A model generated the notes under the pieces. That model had not been told where the DNA came from, did no database searches, and was given only the letters and a program-made list of their open reading frames with translations. The position numbers and the translations under genes were made by a program. Below, piece by piece: positions 26,501 through 38,500 of a DNA stretch of 64,000 bases (positions within the stretch are counted from its first letter, which is position 1; each line of letters begins with the position of its first letter). The DNA is from Hemiscyllium ocellatum (Eukaryota): NCBI RefSeq assembly GCF_020745735.1, contig NC_083419.1, forward strand, positions 28,542,085 through 28,606,084. Reading direction: 5' to 3'.

Positions 26501-29500
26501 CGACACAAAGCCCGGTGTCGACAGCACATATGTGCAGACACACATGCATGCATAGCACGGCAAGAACACTGCCGCATGCACAGAACGGCATTAAGATTTT
26601 GGGACACACATTGGCACATGCTGGAATCATGATATTGCCATTTTAGAAAATGATGGAACCATCCAGACATTCAGTTCTCAAAGGTCAATCCTTAGTACCT
26701 GGTTCGCATTTAAAGCCCTCCTCTAACATATGCTTAAAATCTAACTCTTTGACCAAGCATTTGCCACTTCCAGCCCTTCAACTGGCTCAGTTTTTTTTAA
26801 AAACTAATTGCATTCCTGTGTATCTGGGGATGATTTCTTATTATATAATTAATGGTAGGCCTTGGGTAGCATTGTAGAACAGAGGGACCTAACTTCACAT
26901 CCAGCCTTATTAAGAATTCCTATTTTCTTAAATCAAATAAGCAAAGATAAACGTACATAAAAATGATGAAACACATAAAAGAACACAGGAGCGAGAAGGG
27001 GACATACAACCCATCAAGTCTTTTTCATCATTGCTATGAACATGGTTGATCTTGGGCCTCAACTCCATTTTCCTACCCACTCCTCACAACCCTTAGTTCC
27101 AAATTCTCAACCAGCCCTAAATATACTCAATGATGGCACATCCACAACACTTTGGGGTAGTAAATCCCAGAGATTTGCAAACCTCCGAGTGAAGAATTTC
27201 TCCATACCGATCCTAAATGATCAGATGCTTGTCATCAAACCATGCTCCCTTGTTCTAGATTTCTCAGCGTCAGGAAAATTTGTCTTAATACTCACAATGT
27301 TAAGCCCTTAATAATTTTGAATGTTTCAATGAGATCACTTCTCATTATTCTAACTGTCAGGGAATATAGACCCATAATTCAGCACAGGACAACCAACTCA
27401 TCCCATAAGGCCATACGACGTAGGAGCAGAATTTAATCCATTCAGCCCACTGAATCAGCTCCCCCATTTGATCATGGCTGATATGTCTGTCAATCCCATT
27501 CTCCAGCCTTTTCCCTGTAACCTTTGAACGCCTTATTAATCAAGAACCTATCTATCTGTGTCTTAAATACACCCAATGACTTGGCCTCCACAGCCTTCTG
27601 TGAAACTGAGTTCCGCAGATTCATCACATTCCCAGAAATCAATCTAGTCAATCTTTGCAGTACTGCCTCTTATGCAAGTCCTCCTCCTAGGCATTCACAT
27701 GGATAGTGGATGATTTTCTTCTGCTCCTTTGTTGTGGGTCCTATGATGACTAAATAGTCCAATGCTGGATATGTATCCCTTGCGTCAGATGTTGCTCGAA
27801 GACGTAGGAGTGTGATGCTCAGATTTTTGTATGCATCTTCCAGTGTTTGTATTGATTTCCATCTGGACATTGCATCTTTTCTCCAATTTGGGCAGTCTTG
27901 AATTGTGGTCTCATCAAAGCCCTGTACAATTGTAGCAAGCCTTCTTTATTCTTGTAATCCAATCCTTTTGTAATAAAAGACAAAAATAGAAATTGCTGGA
28001 AAAGCTCAGCAGGTCTGGCAGCATCAGCAGAGAGAAATCGGAGTCAACGTTTTGGGTTTTGGGTCAAGTGACCCTTCTTCACAACGTTAACTCTGATTTC
28101 TCTCCACAAATGCTGCCAGACCTGCTGAGCTTTTCTAGCAATTTCTATTTTTGTCTCTGATTTACAGCATCTGCAGTTCTTTCCGTTTCTTTTGTAATAA
28201 AAGCCAATATGCATTTTACTCCCTTATTGCTTGCTGTACCAACATGCGAACTTTCCGTGCTTGTTGTACAAGTATACCTCTGAAAACCAACATTTAAAGT
28301 TCCATTCGTTCAAAAAGTGTTTTCTATTCTTACAAAAATCAGTAACCTCACAATTACCCATACCAAACTCAGTTCAGACATTGTTACCGACTCATCCATA
28401 TATGTATCTTTCTTTACAGGCAATGTATACCCCTCAGTGCTTGCATTCCCTGCTAGCTTTGAATCAACAAGTGTAGATTTGTTTGACTACCTCTTCACCT
28501 AAGTTATTAACACAATTTATGAATAGCTGAAGCCCCTGCCAAACTCCACTGTTCCAAAGATCAATATCCATACGTTGAATTAGGCAGCAAAAAACTTTCA
28601 GAGATTTACAGATATTTTATTAAATCCATAGTTCAGCAAAAACATCAATTTCCACCTTTTCTTTCTGGAGAAGAAACAAACTTTTATTTTAAAAGAAATA
28701 AATTAACAAATTAAAAAACCTGTCCCCTGGGGTCCCATGACCTTAGACAAAACTCACCACCAAAAGGTAGAAACTGAGGGGGGCTAAATCAAAATATCAA
28801 GGGAAGGGAAAATAATGCATCCCAGTCCCCCCCAAGCACACAGAAAAACCAGCTTCTATTTTATTTTCAGTACCCACCACAAATCACCCCACTAATTAAA
28901 TAATCCAATAACAAATTACATTCTCTGCCCGCCAGGGGCAGTATCGCAATAACAAAGAAAGAAGAGCGGACAAAACAAGGCAGGGGACAAAATCAAATTA
29001 GAGTCAGTGGGGAAAATTGATTCACTGTAGCCACCATGGTGACCTCCTACTCAAAAAGACTTCAAGGTTAGCAGTGGGGACAGTGTGTTGCTCTCAGAGG
29101 ATATGGAGAGAATCCAGATTTTCCTTCAACATTTTAATAATAGGTCTTTGTATTTTCTAATCAATGTTGTTACATATTTGTTTCGAGCAATTGGGACACA
29201 GAACTTGCATTTCTTACACTGACATCAGCCTGTCAACTTGAAAATGCCTCATTTATCCCCAACATCTCAGAAAGTATATAATGTATGAGCAGGTAGGGAA
29301 AGAGTTCAGTTTAGAGTTGCTTGACAAAGACTCAGCTAGCATGACTTTGACTAGATGTGAACTTGCAGTAAACAATGCAGGTGCTGGAGGCAAGGGAGTG
29401 GTTTAACAAGGTGAAGAACGTCTATTGTATCATACCAGATGGCTTATTCTTTATTGTTGATGCTCGCTGATTGTAACGGTCACCCAATCAATGTAGATGT

Positions 29501-32500
29501 CGCCTTATTTGGATGTTGCTCCCTGTAAGTAACGATATAATTCCTTAAGAATCTGCTGCTCGAGAGAAGACAGAGAACTCATGTCCTTGTGTACATGGGC
29601 AATCTCTCTCTCTCCAGGACTCGGAATAAAGGTGAAGAGGAGCCATACTGTGTCTAATGGTTTGCTTCAACTGATACGGAAATGTGACGACAAGATTGGG
29701 GTGCCAGGTAGGAGTCCAAACGAATAGTTACAATCAGATTGTATCCAGTGATTGCCCAGAACATCAGGATCTCAAGACGGACAGGCCCACAAGGTAAACC
29801 TCAGTCCCTCTCGATATTCCTTTGTGTTGGATACTGTCTCCTCATTCAATCACTTTATATTCTACGGACTCCTCGAATGGTAATTAGTTCAGTCGAGAGA
29901 CACAGTTTCGTAAACGCACTGACAAATAGGGGTTCTGGTCCCCTGGGCTTAATAAGGGTTCGAGTTCCTGGACATATAGAGTAAGAAAAGGGGTTTCAGT
30001 CACCATGAGAAGTAAAGTGAGAAAGGGGTTCGAGTCCCCAAGGTAGAAAGGGATTAAAGTCTCTGAGGTAAAAGGGGGTTAAAGTCCTCTAATGGTGAGG
30101 TTTGACGCTCTGAAAAAAAAATTTAGAAATCAGGAACTTCAAAGAAAAACTTCTAAACAAAATTTGGTACTCCTTAAAGTTATTGCCTCTATCCCCCGCA
30201 CTCCCCTTAGAAGTACCTTTAGGACAACATGGGAAAAGGAAAAACAAAAGTGGAACCCGTCTGCTCGGATCCCGACACTGAAGTGCATTGACTGCCAGGG
30301 AAGCTTTGTCCGGGTTTTTATTGTGGGAGTCTCAGTTTCTGGGCTGTGGACTTGACTTGGCGAGTCTTTTTTCTGGGGAAGGGGAGTGGCTTGTACTGCA
30401 GCGCCATGTGGTCCACTGCGAATGTTTTATTTTTTAAGTGTAATTTCATCAAGAGGATGCGAGAAAAAAAAATTAGATATGCTGAAATTATGGTTGCACT
30501 AATACTTGGATTGAAAAATGAAGTTTCAATATAAATTATGCCATACTGAAAGTGTTTGATATTTAAATATTTTGGTTTGTTAAAATATTGGTTCAGAAAA
30601 TCCTTTTAAGTAACTGTCTTGCTTTATTTGAATTAGGATCTCAATTCAATGTGTTTTGTGGACGATGTAATAGGGCAGATTTTGTTTTTATATTATTATA
30701 CAACATTATGTCTTTTTAAAAATTATCAAACTTGTAACTTTAAAACAAACTGATCGAGGACCTTGAGCCCTGATTTGTTTGAAAACCTACAATGCCTGTT
30801 TCAAAAAACTAGTGTGTCACTGGTCATGCTTTAGCCAGATGAGAGTATTGTATTAAGATGTTTCTGCTGTTTTTTAATGTAGACTTTTCACAAAGAGTGC
30901 ATTTTAATTTTGATGTTTTGTTAAGATTTTAGAGGATATTAGAACTCAAGGCTGAGCTGTTTAAGTTCTGTCAATTATTCTTAAGACTTCATTGCCCCCC
31001 TTCATATTGCAAATTCAAAGAATGTTAATTCCTACCAAAGTTGCCACTTTAATTCTGACTATTTTATTTGTGAAGTTTCATTTGGAGAACATATTTTAAT
31101 ATATTCTGCATTTGTTTTCAATGAATATTTGAGATTTAAATCTGAACTGAAACTGCACTTCAATGGCTAACGCACAGGAGACATTTTGTTATTTTCTTGC
31201 TGTTCTAGTTTTTGAAATACTTTTCCTGACAGCTTTCACGTTAGCCAAGTATTAATTTGTCAAAGGAAAATAATCTTTGAATAAGCTGAATGAGGTCCCC
31301 CGCGGGTTTGATTTTAGGACCATTGATTATTGTTTATTAAGTGACTGAATTGTTTCAGCAGTACAATTTAGAAGCTTATGGACTGTACAAAACTTGATAA
31401 TGTCATAAATAGTGAACAGATTTCAAGACAACTGAAAATGTTGAAGTAGGCAGGCACAATTTAATGTGGTTAAATGTGTGGCTGTCTTCATACTAATAAC
31501 CACCTTGGCAAGGAAGGAACGAGGGGAAATGCAAAGATACTTTCAGCAGCTAACATCGTCTCTGGAGTTTCTCCATCCACAGGTAAGGCGCGCCTTCGGA
31601 CCACCACCCAACCCTCTACAACCTGATTCAACAGATTTAATGGTAAGGTCCTAGGGAGTGTTGCTAAACAAAGATCTTGGAGTGCAGGTTCATAGCTCCT
31701 TGAAAGTGGAGTCGCAGGTAGATAGGACAGTGAAGGAGGAGTTTGGTATGCTTTCCTTTATTGGGCAGAGTATCGAGTACAGGAGTTGGGAGGTCATGTT
31801 GCGGCTGTACAGGATAGTGGTTAGGCCACTGTTTGAATATTGCATGCAATTCTGGTCTCCTTCCTGTCGGACAGATGTTGTGAAACTTAAAGGGTTCAGA
31901 AAAGATTTAAAAGGATGTGGCCAGGGTTGGAGGATCTGAGCTACAGGGAGAGGCTGAACAGGCTGGGGCTGTTTTCCGTGGAGCATCGGAGGCTGAGGGG
32001 TGACCTTATAGAGGTTTACAAAATTATGAGGGGCATTGATGGGATAAATAGACAAAGTCTTTTCCCTGGGGTCAGGGAGTCCAGAACCAGAGGGCATAGG
32101 TTTAGGGTGAGAGGGGAAAGATATAAAAGGGACCTAAGGGGCAATGTTTTCACGAAGAGAGTGATAAGTATATGGAATGAGCTGTTAAAGGATGTGGTGG
32201 AGGCTGGTACAATTGCAACATTTAAGAGGCATTTGGATGGGTAAATGAATAGGAAGGGTTTGTAGGGATATGGGCCAGGTACTGACAGGTGGGACTAGAT
32301 TGGGTTGGGATATCTGGTCGGCATGGACAGATTGGACCGAAGGGTCTGTTTCCATGCTGTACATCTCTATGACTCTATGAATTCCCCAGTCATGAGCACA
32401 AAAAGTGAAGCTAACAACAGTGAAGAGGAGTTCTGTACGCTTTTTGTCAGTGGCCTTCCTATGGACATTAAGCCAAGTGAGCTTTACCTTCTCTTTTGAC

Positions 32501-35500
32501 CATTTAAGGGATATGAAGGTTCACTGATCAAACTGACATCAAAACAGCCAGTTGGCTTTGTTACATTTGACAGCAGAGTGTGAGCAAAAGCAGCAAAGAA
32601 TGCTGCCTTCATCTAGCCTGCAGCTGCACCTGCCGCACTTCATGATCAGATGCGCTGGTATCCCCCATCTGAAGCATCTCGGGAAGGATGACTGTCTTGT
32701 CAATTTTGTTAAGTTTTTAACTGCCCTAATCCAAGAATTCAGATTTCTCCTTGGAGTGATGCAGAAGGACAGACTGGATTTTGTTTCCAGGTTGGACTTC
32801 ACTGAAGGAGATTTTGGATAACTAGCTCATTTCCACTCGACTTGGAGAGGGTGGAGTGATCACTGACGACTGTGGGTTTAAGAATTCTACTGGTGAAGTT
32901 TCTTCCATATGGGAGGATCCTGCAGATTCTATTTGCTGCATGGACTGGTAATTGTTGCTGTTATAATCAGCTAGGAGAAAGTGAGGACTGCAGATGCTGG
33001 AGATCAGAGCTTAAAAAATGTGTTGCTGGAAAAGCGCAACAGGTCAGGCAGCATCAAAGGAACAGGAGAATCAACGTTTCGGGCATAAGCCCTTCTTCAG
33101 GAATGAGGAGGGTGTGCCAAGCAGGCTAAGATAAAAGGTAGGGAGGAGGGGCGCTGGGAATACGATAGGTGGAAGGAGGTTAAGATGAGGGTAATAGGAC
33201 CACAAGAGATTAACGCAGATCTCTCCAGCTTTCTCATTTCCCCTCCCCCCACCTTTTCTCAGTCCCAACCCTCAGACTCAGCACCACCTTCTTGACCTGC
33301 AATCTTCTTCCTGACCTCTCCACCCCCACCCCCTCTCCGGTCTATCACCCTCACCTTGACCTCCTTCCACCTATTGTATTCCCAGCGCCCCTCCCCCAAG
33401 TCCCTCCCCCTTACCTTTTATCTGAGCCTGCTTGGCACACCCTCCTCATTCCTGAAGAAGGGCTTATGCCCGAAATGTCGATTCTCCTGTCCCTTTGATG
33501 CTGCCTGACCTGCTGCACTTTTCCAGCAACACATTTTTAAGTTGTTATAATCATTGCATGTTGTGTGTCAATAACCTGTTTAAGTACTGGCAGTAAGATT
33601 CTTATGAAGAAGGAGGTAGTGTCATCTAGGTGGTTATCATGGAATGACAAAGGAGGGAATGAGAAAGTGTATAAGCAGGTAGGGAAAGAGTTAAGTTTAG
33701 GATTGCTTGACAAAGGCTCAGCTAGCATGACTTTGACTAGATAAGAATTTGCAGTAAACAGTGAGGTGCTGAAAGCAAGGGTAGTGGTTTAAACGAGGTG
33801 AAGAACATCTATTGTGTAATGCTGGGTGGCTTAATCTTTATTGTTGATGCTTGCTGATTGAAACAGTCAGGAGAAAGTGAGGACTGCAGATGCTAGAGAT
33901 CAGAGCTGAAAATGCACAGCAGGTCAGGCAGCATCCAAGGAGCACGAGAATCGAAGTTTCAGGCATGAGCTTCTTCAGGAATGAGGAGAGTGTGCCAAGC
34001 AGGCTAAGATAAAAGGCGGGGAGGAGGGACTTGGGGGAGGGGCATTGGAAATGCGATAGGTGGAAGGAGGTTAAGGTGAGGGTGATAGGCCGGAGTGGGG
34101 GTGGGAGCGGAGAGGTCAAGAAGAAGATTGCAGGTTAGGAAGGTGGTGCTGAGTTCGAGGGTTGGGACTGAGACGAGGTTGGGGGGGGGGGGGGAAAATG
34201 AGGAAACTGGAGAAGTTTGAGTTCATCCCTTGTGGTTGGAGGGTTCCTAGGCGGAAGATGAGGCGCTCTTCCACCAGCCGTCGTGTTGCTATGGTCTGGC
34301 GATGGAGGAGTCCAAGGACCTGCATGTCCTTGGTGGAGTGGAGGGGGGAGTTGAAGTGTCAAGCCATGGGCTGGTTGAGTTGGTTGGTCTGGGTGTCCCA
34401 GAGGTGTTGTCTGAAACGTTCTGCAAGTAGGCGGCCTGTCTCCCCAATATCGAGGAGGCCACATCGGGTGCAGCTGATGCAGTAAATGATGTGTGTGGAG
34501 GTGCAGGTGAATTTGTGACGGATATGGAAGGATCCCTTGAGGGGAAGTAAGGGAGGAGGTGTGGGCACCTCAACTTCTCCACCCATCTCACCCACTCCAA
34601 CCTCTCACCCTTGGAACATGCAGCCCTCCACTCCCTCCATCCCAACCTCACTATCAAACTGGCAGACAAGGGAGGCGCGGTGGTAGTTTGGGGCACCAAT
34701 CTTTACACCGCTGAGCCTAAATGCCAGCTCACGGACACCTCCTCATACTGCCCCCTTGACCATGACCCCACCTTCCACCACCAAACATCATCTCCCAGAC
34801 CATCCATAACCTCATCTCCTCAAGGGATCTCCCATCGGCCGCCTCCAACCTCATAGTCCCACAACCCTGCACCGCCCATTTCTACCTCCTGCCCAAAATC
34901 CACAAACCTGACTGCCCCAGCCGACCCATTGTCTCAGCCTGCTCCTGCCCCACCGAACTCATCTCTGCATACCTCAACAGGTCCTATCCCCCTTAGTCCA
35001 AGAACTCCCCACCTACGTTCGGGACACCACCTCCACCTCCTCCATGATTTTCGCTTCCCCGGTCCCCAACTCCTTATCTTCACCATGGACATCCAGTCCC
35101 TGTACACCTCCATCCCCCATCACGAAGGACTTAAAGCCCTCCGCTTTTTCCTTTCCCGCCGTACAAACCAGTACCCTTCCACGGACACCCTCCTTCGATT
35201 GACTGAACTGGTCCTCACTCTGAACAACTTCTCTTTCCAATCCTCCTACTTCCTCCAAACCAAAAGAGTAGCCTTGGGTACCCGCATGGACCACAGCTAT
35301 GCCTGCCTCTTCATAGGATATATGGAACCGTCCATCTTCCACAGCTACATTAGCACCACCCCTCACCTTTTCCTCCACTACATCAATGACTGTATCGGCA
35401 CTACCTCGTGCTCCCACGAGGAGGTTGAACAGTTCACCCACTTTACTAACGCCTTCCACCCCGACCTCAAATTTACCTGGACCATCTCAGATTCCTCCCT

Positions 35501-38500
35501 TCCCTTCCTAGACCTCTCCATTTCTATCATGGGCGACCGAATCAACACGTACATTTACTATAAACCGACCGACTCCCACAGCTACCTAGACTACACCTCC
35601 TCCCACCCTGCCCCCTGTAAAAACGCCATCCCATATTTCCAATTCCTTCACCGCATCTCCGCCACTTCCCGCTCCTCCACCCTTGAGCCCTGCACCTCAA
35701 TCGTTACCAGGACAGAACCCCACTGGTCCTCGCCTACCACCCCACCAACCTCCATATACATCGTATCATCCGCCGTCATTTCCGCCACCTCCAAACAGAC
35801 CCCACCACCAGGGATATATTTCCCTCCCCTCCCCTATCAGCATTCCAAAAAGACCACTCCCTCCGTGACTCCCTCGTCAGGTCCACACCCCCCACCAACC
35901 CAACCTCCACTCCCGGCACCTTCCCCTGCAACCGCAAGAAATGCAAACCTTGCGCCCACACCTCCCCCCTTACTTCCCTCCAAGGCCCTAAGGGATCCTT
36001 CCATATCCGCCACAAGTTCACCTGCACCTTCACACACATCATTTACTGCCTCCGCTGCACCCGATGTGGCCTCGTCTACATTGGGGAGACAGGCCACCTA
36101 CTTGTGGAATGTTTCAGAGAACACCTCTGGGACACCCGGACCATACAACACAACCACCCCATGGCTCAACACTTCAACTCCCCTCCCACTCCAGCGAGGA
36201 CATGCAGGTCCATGGACTCCTCCATCGCCAGACCATAGCAACACGACGGCTGGTGGAAGAGCGCCTCATCTTCCCTGAGGAACCCTCCAACCACAAGGGA
36301 TGAACTCAGACTTCTCCAGTTTCCTCATTTCCCCTCCCCCCACCTTGTCTCAGTCCCAACCCTCGAACTCAGCACCACCTCCCTATCCTGCAATCTTCTT
36401 CCTGACCTCTCTGCCCCCACCCCCACCCCCACTCCGGCCTATCACCCTCACTTTAATCTCCTTCCACCTATCGCATTTCCAATGTCCCTTCCCCAAGTCC
36501 CTCCTCCCTACCTTTTATCTTAGCCTGCTTGGCACACTTTCCTCATTCCTGAAGAAGGGCTCATGCCCAAAACATTGTTTCAATCCAAGGAGCAGGAGAA
36601 TCAGTCACCCAATCAATGTAAATGTTGTTTTATTTGTATGCTGCTCCCTGTAAGTGATTATATCATTTCTTAAGAATCTGCTGTTTGAGAGAAGGCAGAG
36701 AACTCTCGTCCTTGTGTACATGGGCGATTGCACTCTCTCTCGGGCTCGGAATGAAAGGTGAGGAAGGTAGAGCTATACTGTGTCTGAGCCAGAAGGTACA
36801 GACTGTATATCTGAGTATTTGCTCCGATTGATACTGGAACGGGATGACACATTTACTCCCTGTCCATTAACCAATCCTTTATCCATGCTAACAGATGGCA
36901 TCGTCCACAGTGAACCCTTATTTGTGAGCAAGGTTTGGTGTAGCACTTTATGATTATTTTTGGAAAAGACAAACATAATTGATATATACTAATTATATTT
37001 TTTAAAAATGTCTCAGAATTTTGTCGTAAAGGATTACCATTTTTAAAACCAAGTTGACGTATTCTAATCAAATGAAGCTTTTCTAAGAGAATTGTTAAGA
37101 TTTCTTTAATGTTAGGTTCCAGCACCTATTATGTGACTGATGGAAAGCTAACTGACCTCGAGATCCTCATTTTCCCTCACTCCTTCCTTGTGATAGCAGT
37201 GGTACATTTACTGGCTTCTAGTTGGTTAGGACCATTCCAGAATCTAGGAAACATTGGAAGATGTAGCCACCTTTGCAGCAATTTCTTTTAAAACTCTGGA
37301 ATGCATGCCATCAGGTCCTGGTGATTTGTCAGATTTTAGTCCCTTGAATTCTCTTACTACCTCTCTGCTGATTTTAAATTATTTGATTTCATTACTCTTC
37401 TTATTCCCTGAATTATTCTCTGTTTCAGGTATATAATGCATGTCTTCTACCAAGTAGACTAAAAATATCTTTGTTCAATATACAAAAATTAAACTTGCCA
37501 CAATTTTTGTGACAAGCTCCAATATTTTCTTGCTTAATGTCATGTTCAGTAGTATACCTATTATTACTGGGTCCAGAAAACACTCCCACTAGTGTTTTGC
37601 AACCATTGTTATTGCTAATTTCCACCCATACTGATTCTGTTTCTTGATTTTCTGAGTTAAAATCCTTTTCTCCAAATGCATAATTTTACTTTCAGGGCTG
37701 CCTCTTTTCCATTTTTCCTGCCTTCTCTAAATATTGTATATTTAGAAGATTTATTTTCCATCTTTAATCATCATGGTTTATAGGATGAGCATCTCTAAAC
37801 CACTTTTCTCAATGTGTGTTGCCGTATTCGCATGCAGCAAGATCTGGACAAAATCCATGATGTGGAGGTGCTGGTGTTGGAATGGGGTGGACAAAGTCAG
37901 AAGTCACACAACACCAGGTTTTAGTCCAGATTTATCTGAAATCACAAGATTTCAGAATGCTGCTTCTTTGTCACTTCACCTGAAGTGCTCCAAAAGCTTG
38001 TGATTTCAAATAAGCTCGCTGAACTACAACTTGGTGTCATGTGACTTGTGACCAGACAAAATCCAAGCTCGAGCTGATAAGTGGCAAGTAATATTCACAC
38101 CGTACAAGTGTCAGACAATGACCATCTCCAATGAGAGAGAATATTACCTTATCTTCATGACATTAAACGGCATTACCATTGCTGAATATCCCACTATCAA
38201 TATCCTGGAAGTTACTATTGACCAGAAACTGATCTAGACAGCTACATAAATACTGTGACTATAACAACAAGTCAGAGAGAGTCATTCATCTGTCAACTCC
38301 CCAAAACCTGTCTACCATTAAGTCCACAAATCAGGGTTGTGATTATGAATACAATCCACATGCCTGGATGAGGACAGCTCCAACAATACTCATGAAGCTC
38401 AATACCATTCATCACACAACAACTAACTTGATTAATGCTCCAGCTTAAACATCCATTCACTCCACCACTGATGCACTGTAGCAGCTTTGCATACATTCTA

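Larger units (their letters stand above)
29267..36849 (+). mobile_element. Non-autonomous endogenous retrovirus (gamma/epsilon-like) in MDM1 intron 4, antisense to MDM1
   Basis: Direct repeats 29267-29692 and 33660-36849 (the latter split by an insertion); PBS-like TGGGGTGCCAGGTAGGAG at 29697; PPT AAAGGAGGGAA at 33649-33659; flanks CATC/CATT; gag, IN and env stubs inside. Confidence 0.88.

Noticed and set aside
32305-32499. CR1-RBPMS2 fusion ORF as a functional retrogene
   Set aside because: A stop at 32497-32499 truncates the RRM, with further stops and a frameshift downstream.
34929-36278. 449-aa ORF as an active reverse transcriptase gene
   Set aside because: The catalytic motif is mutated (YIND instead of YIDD), the frame drifts after an internal deletion and the element is 5'-truncated.
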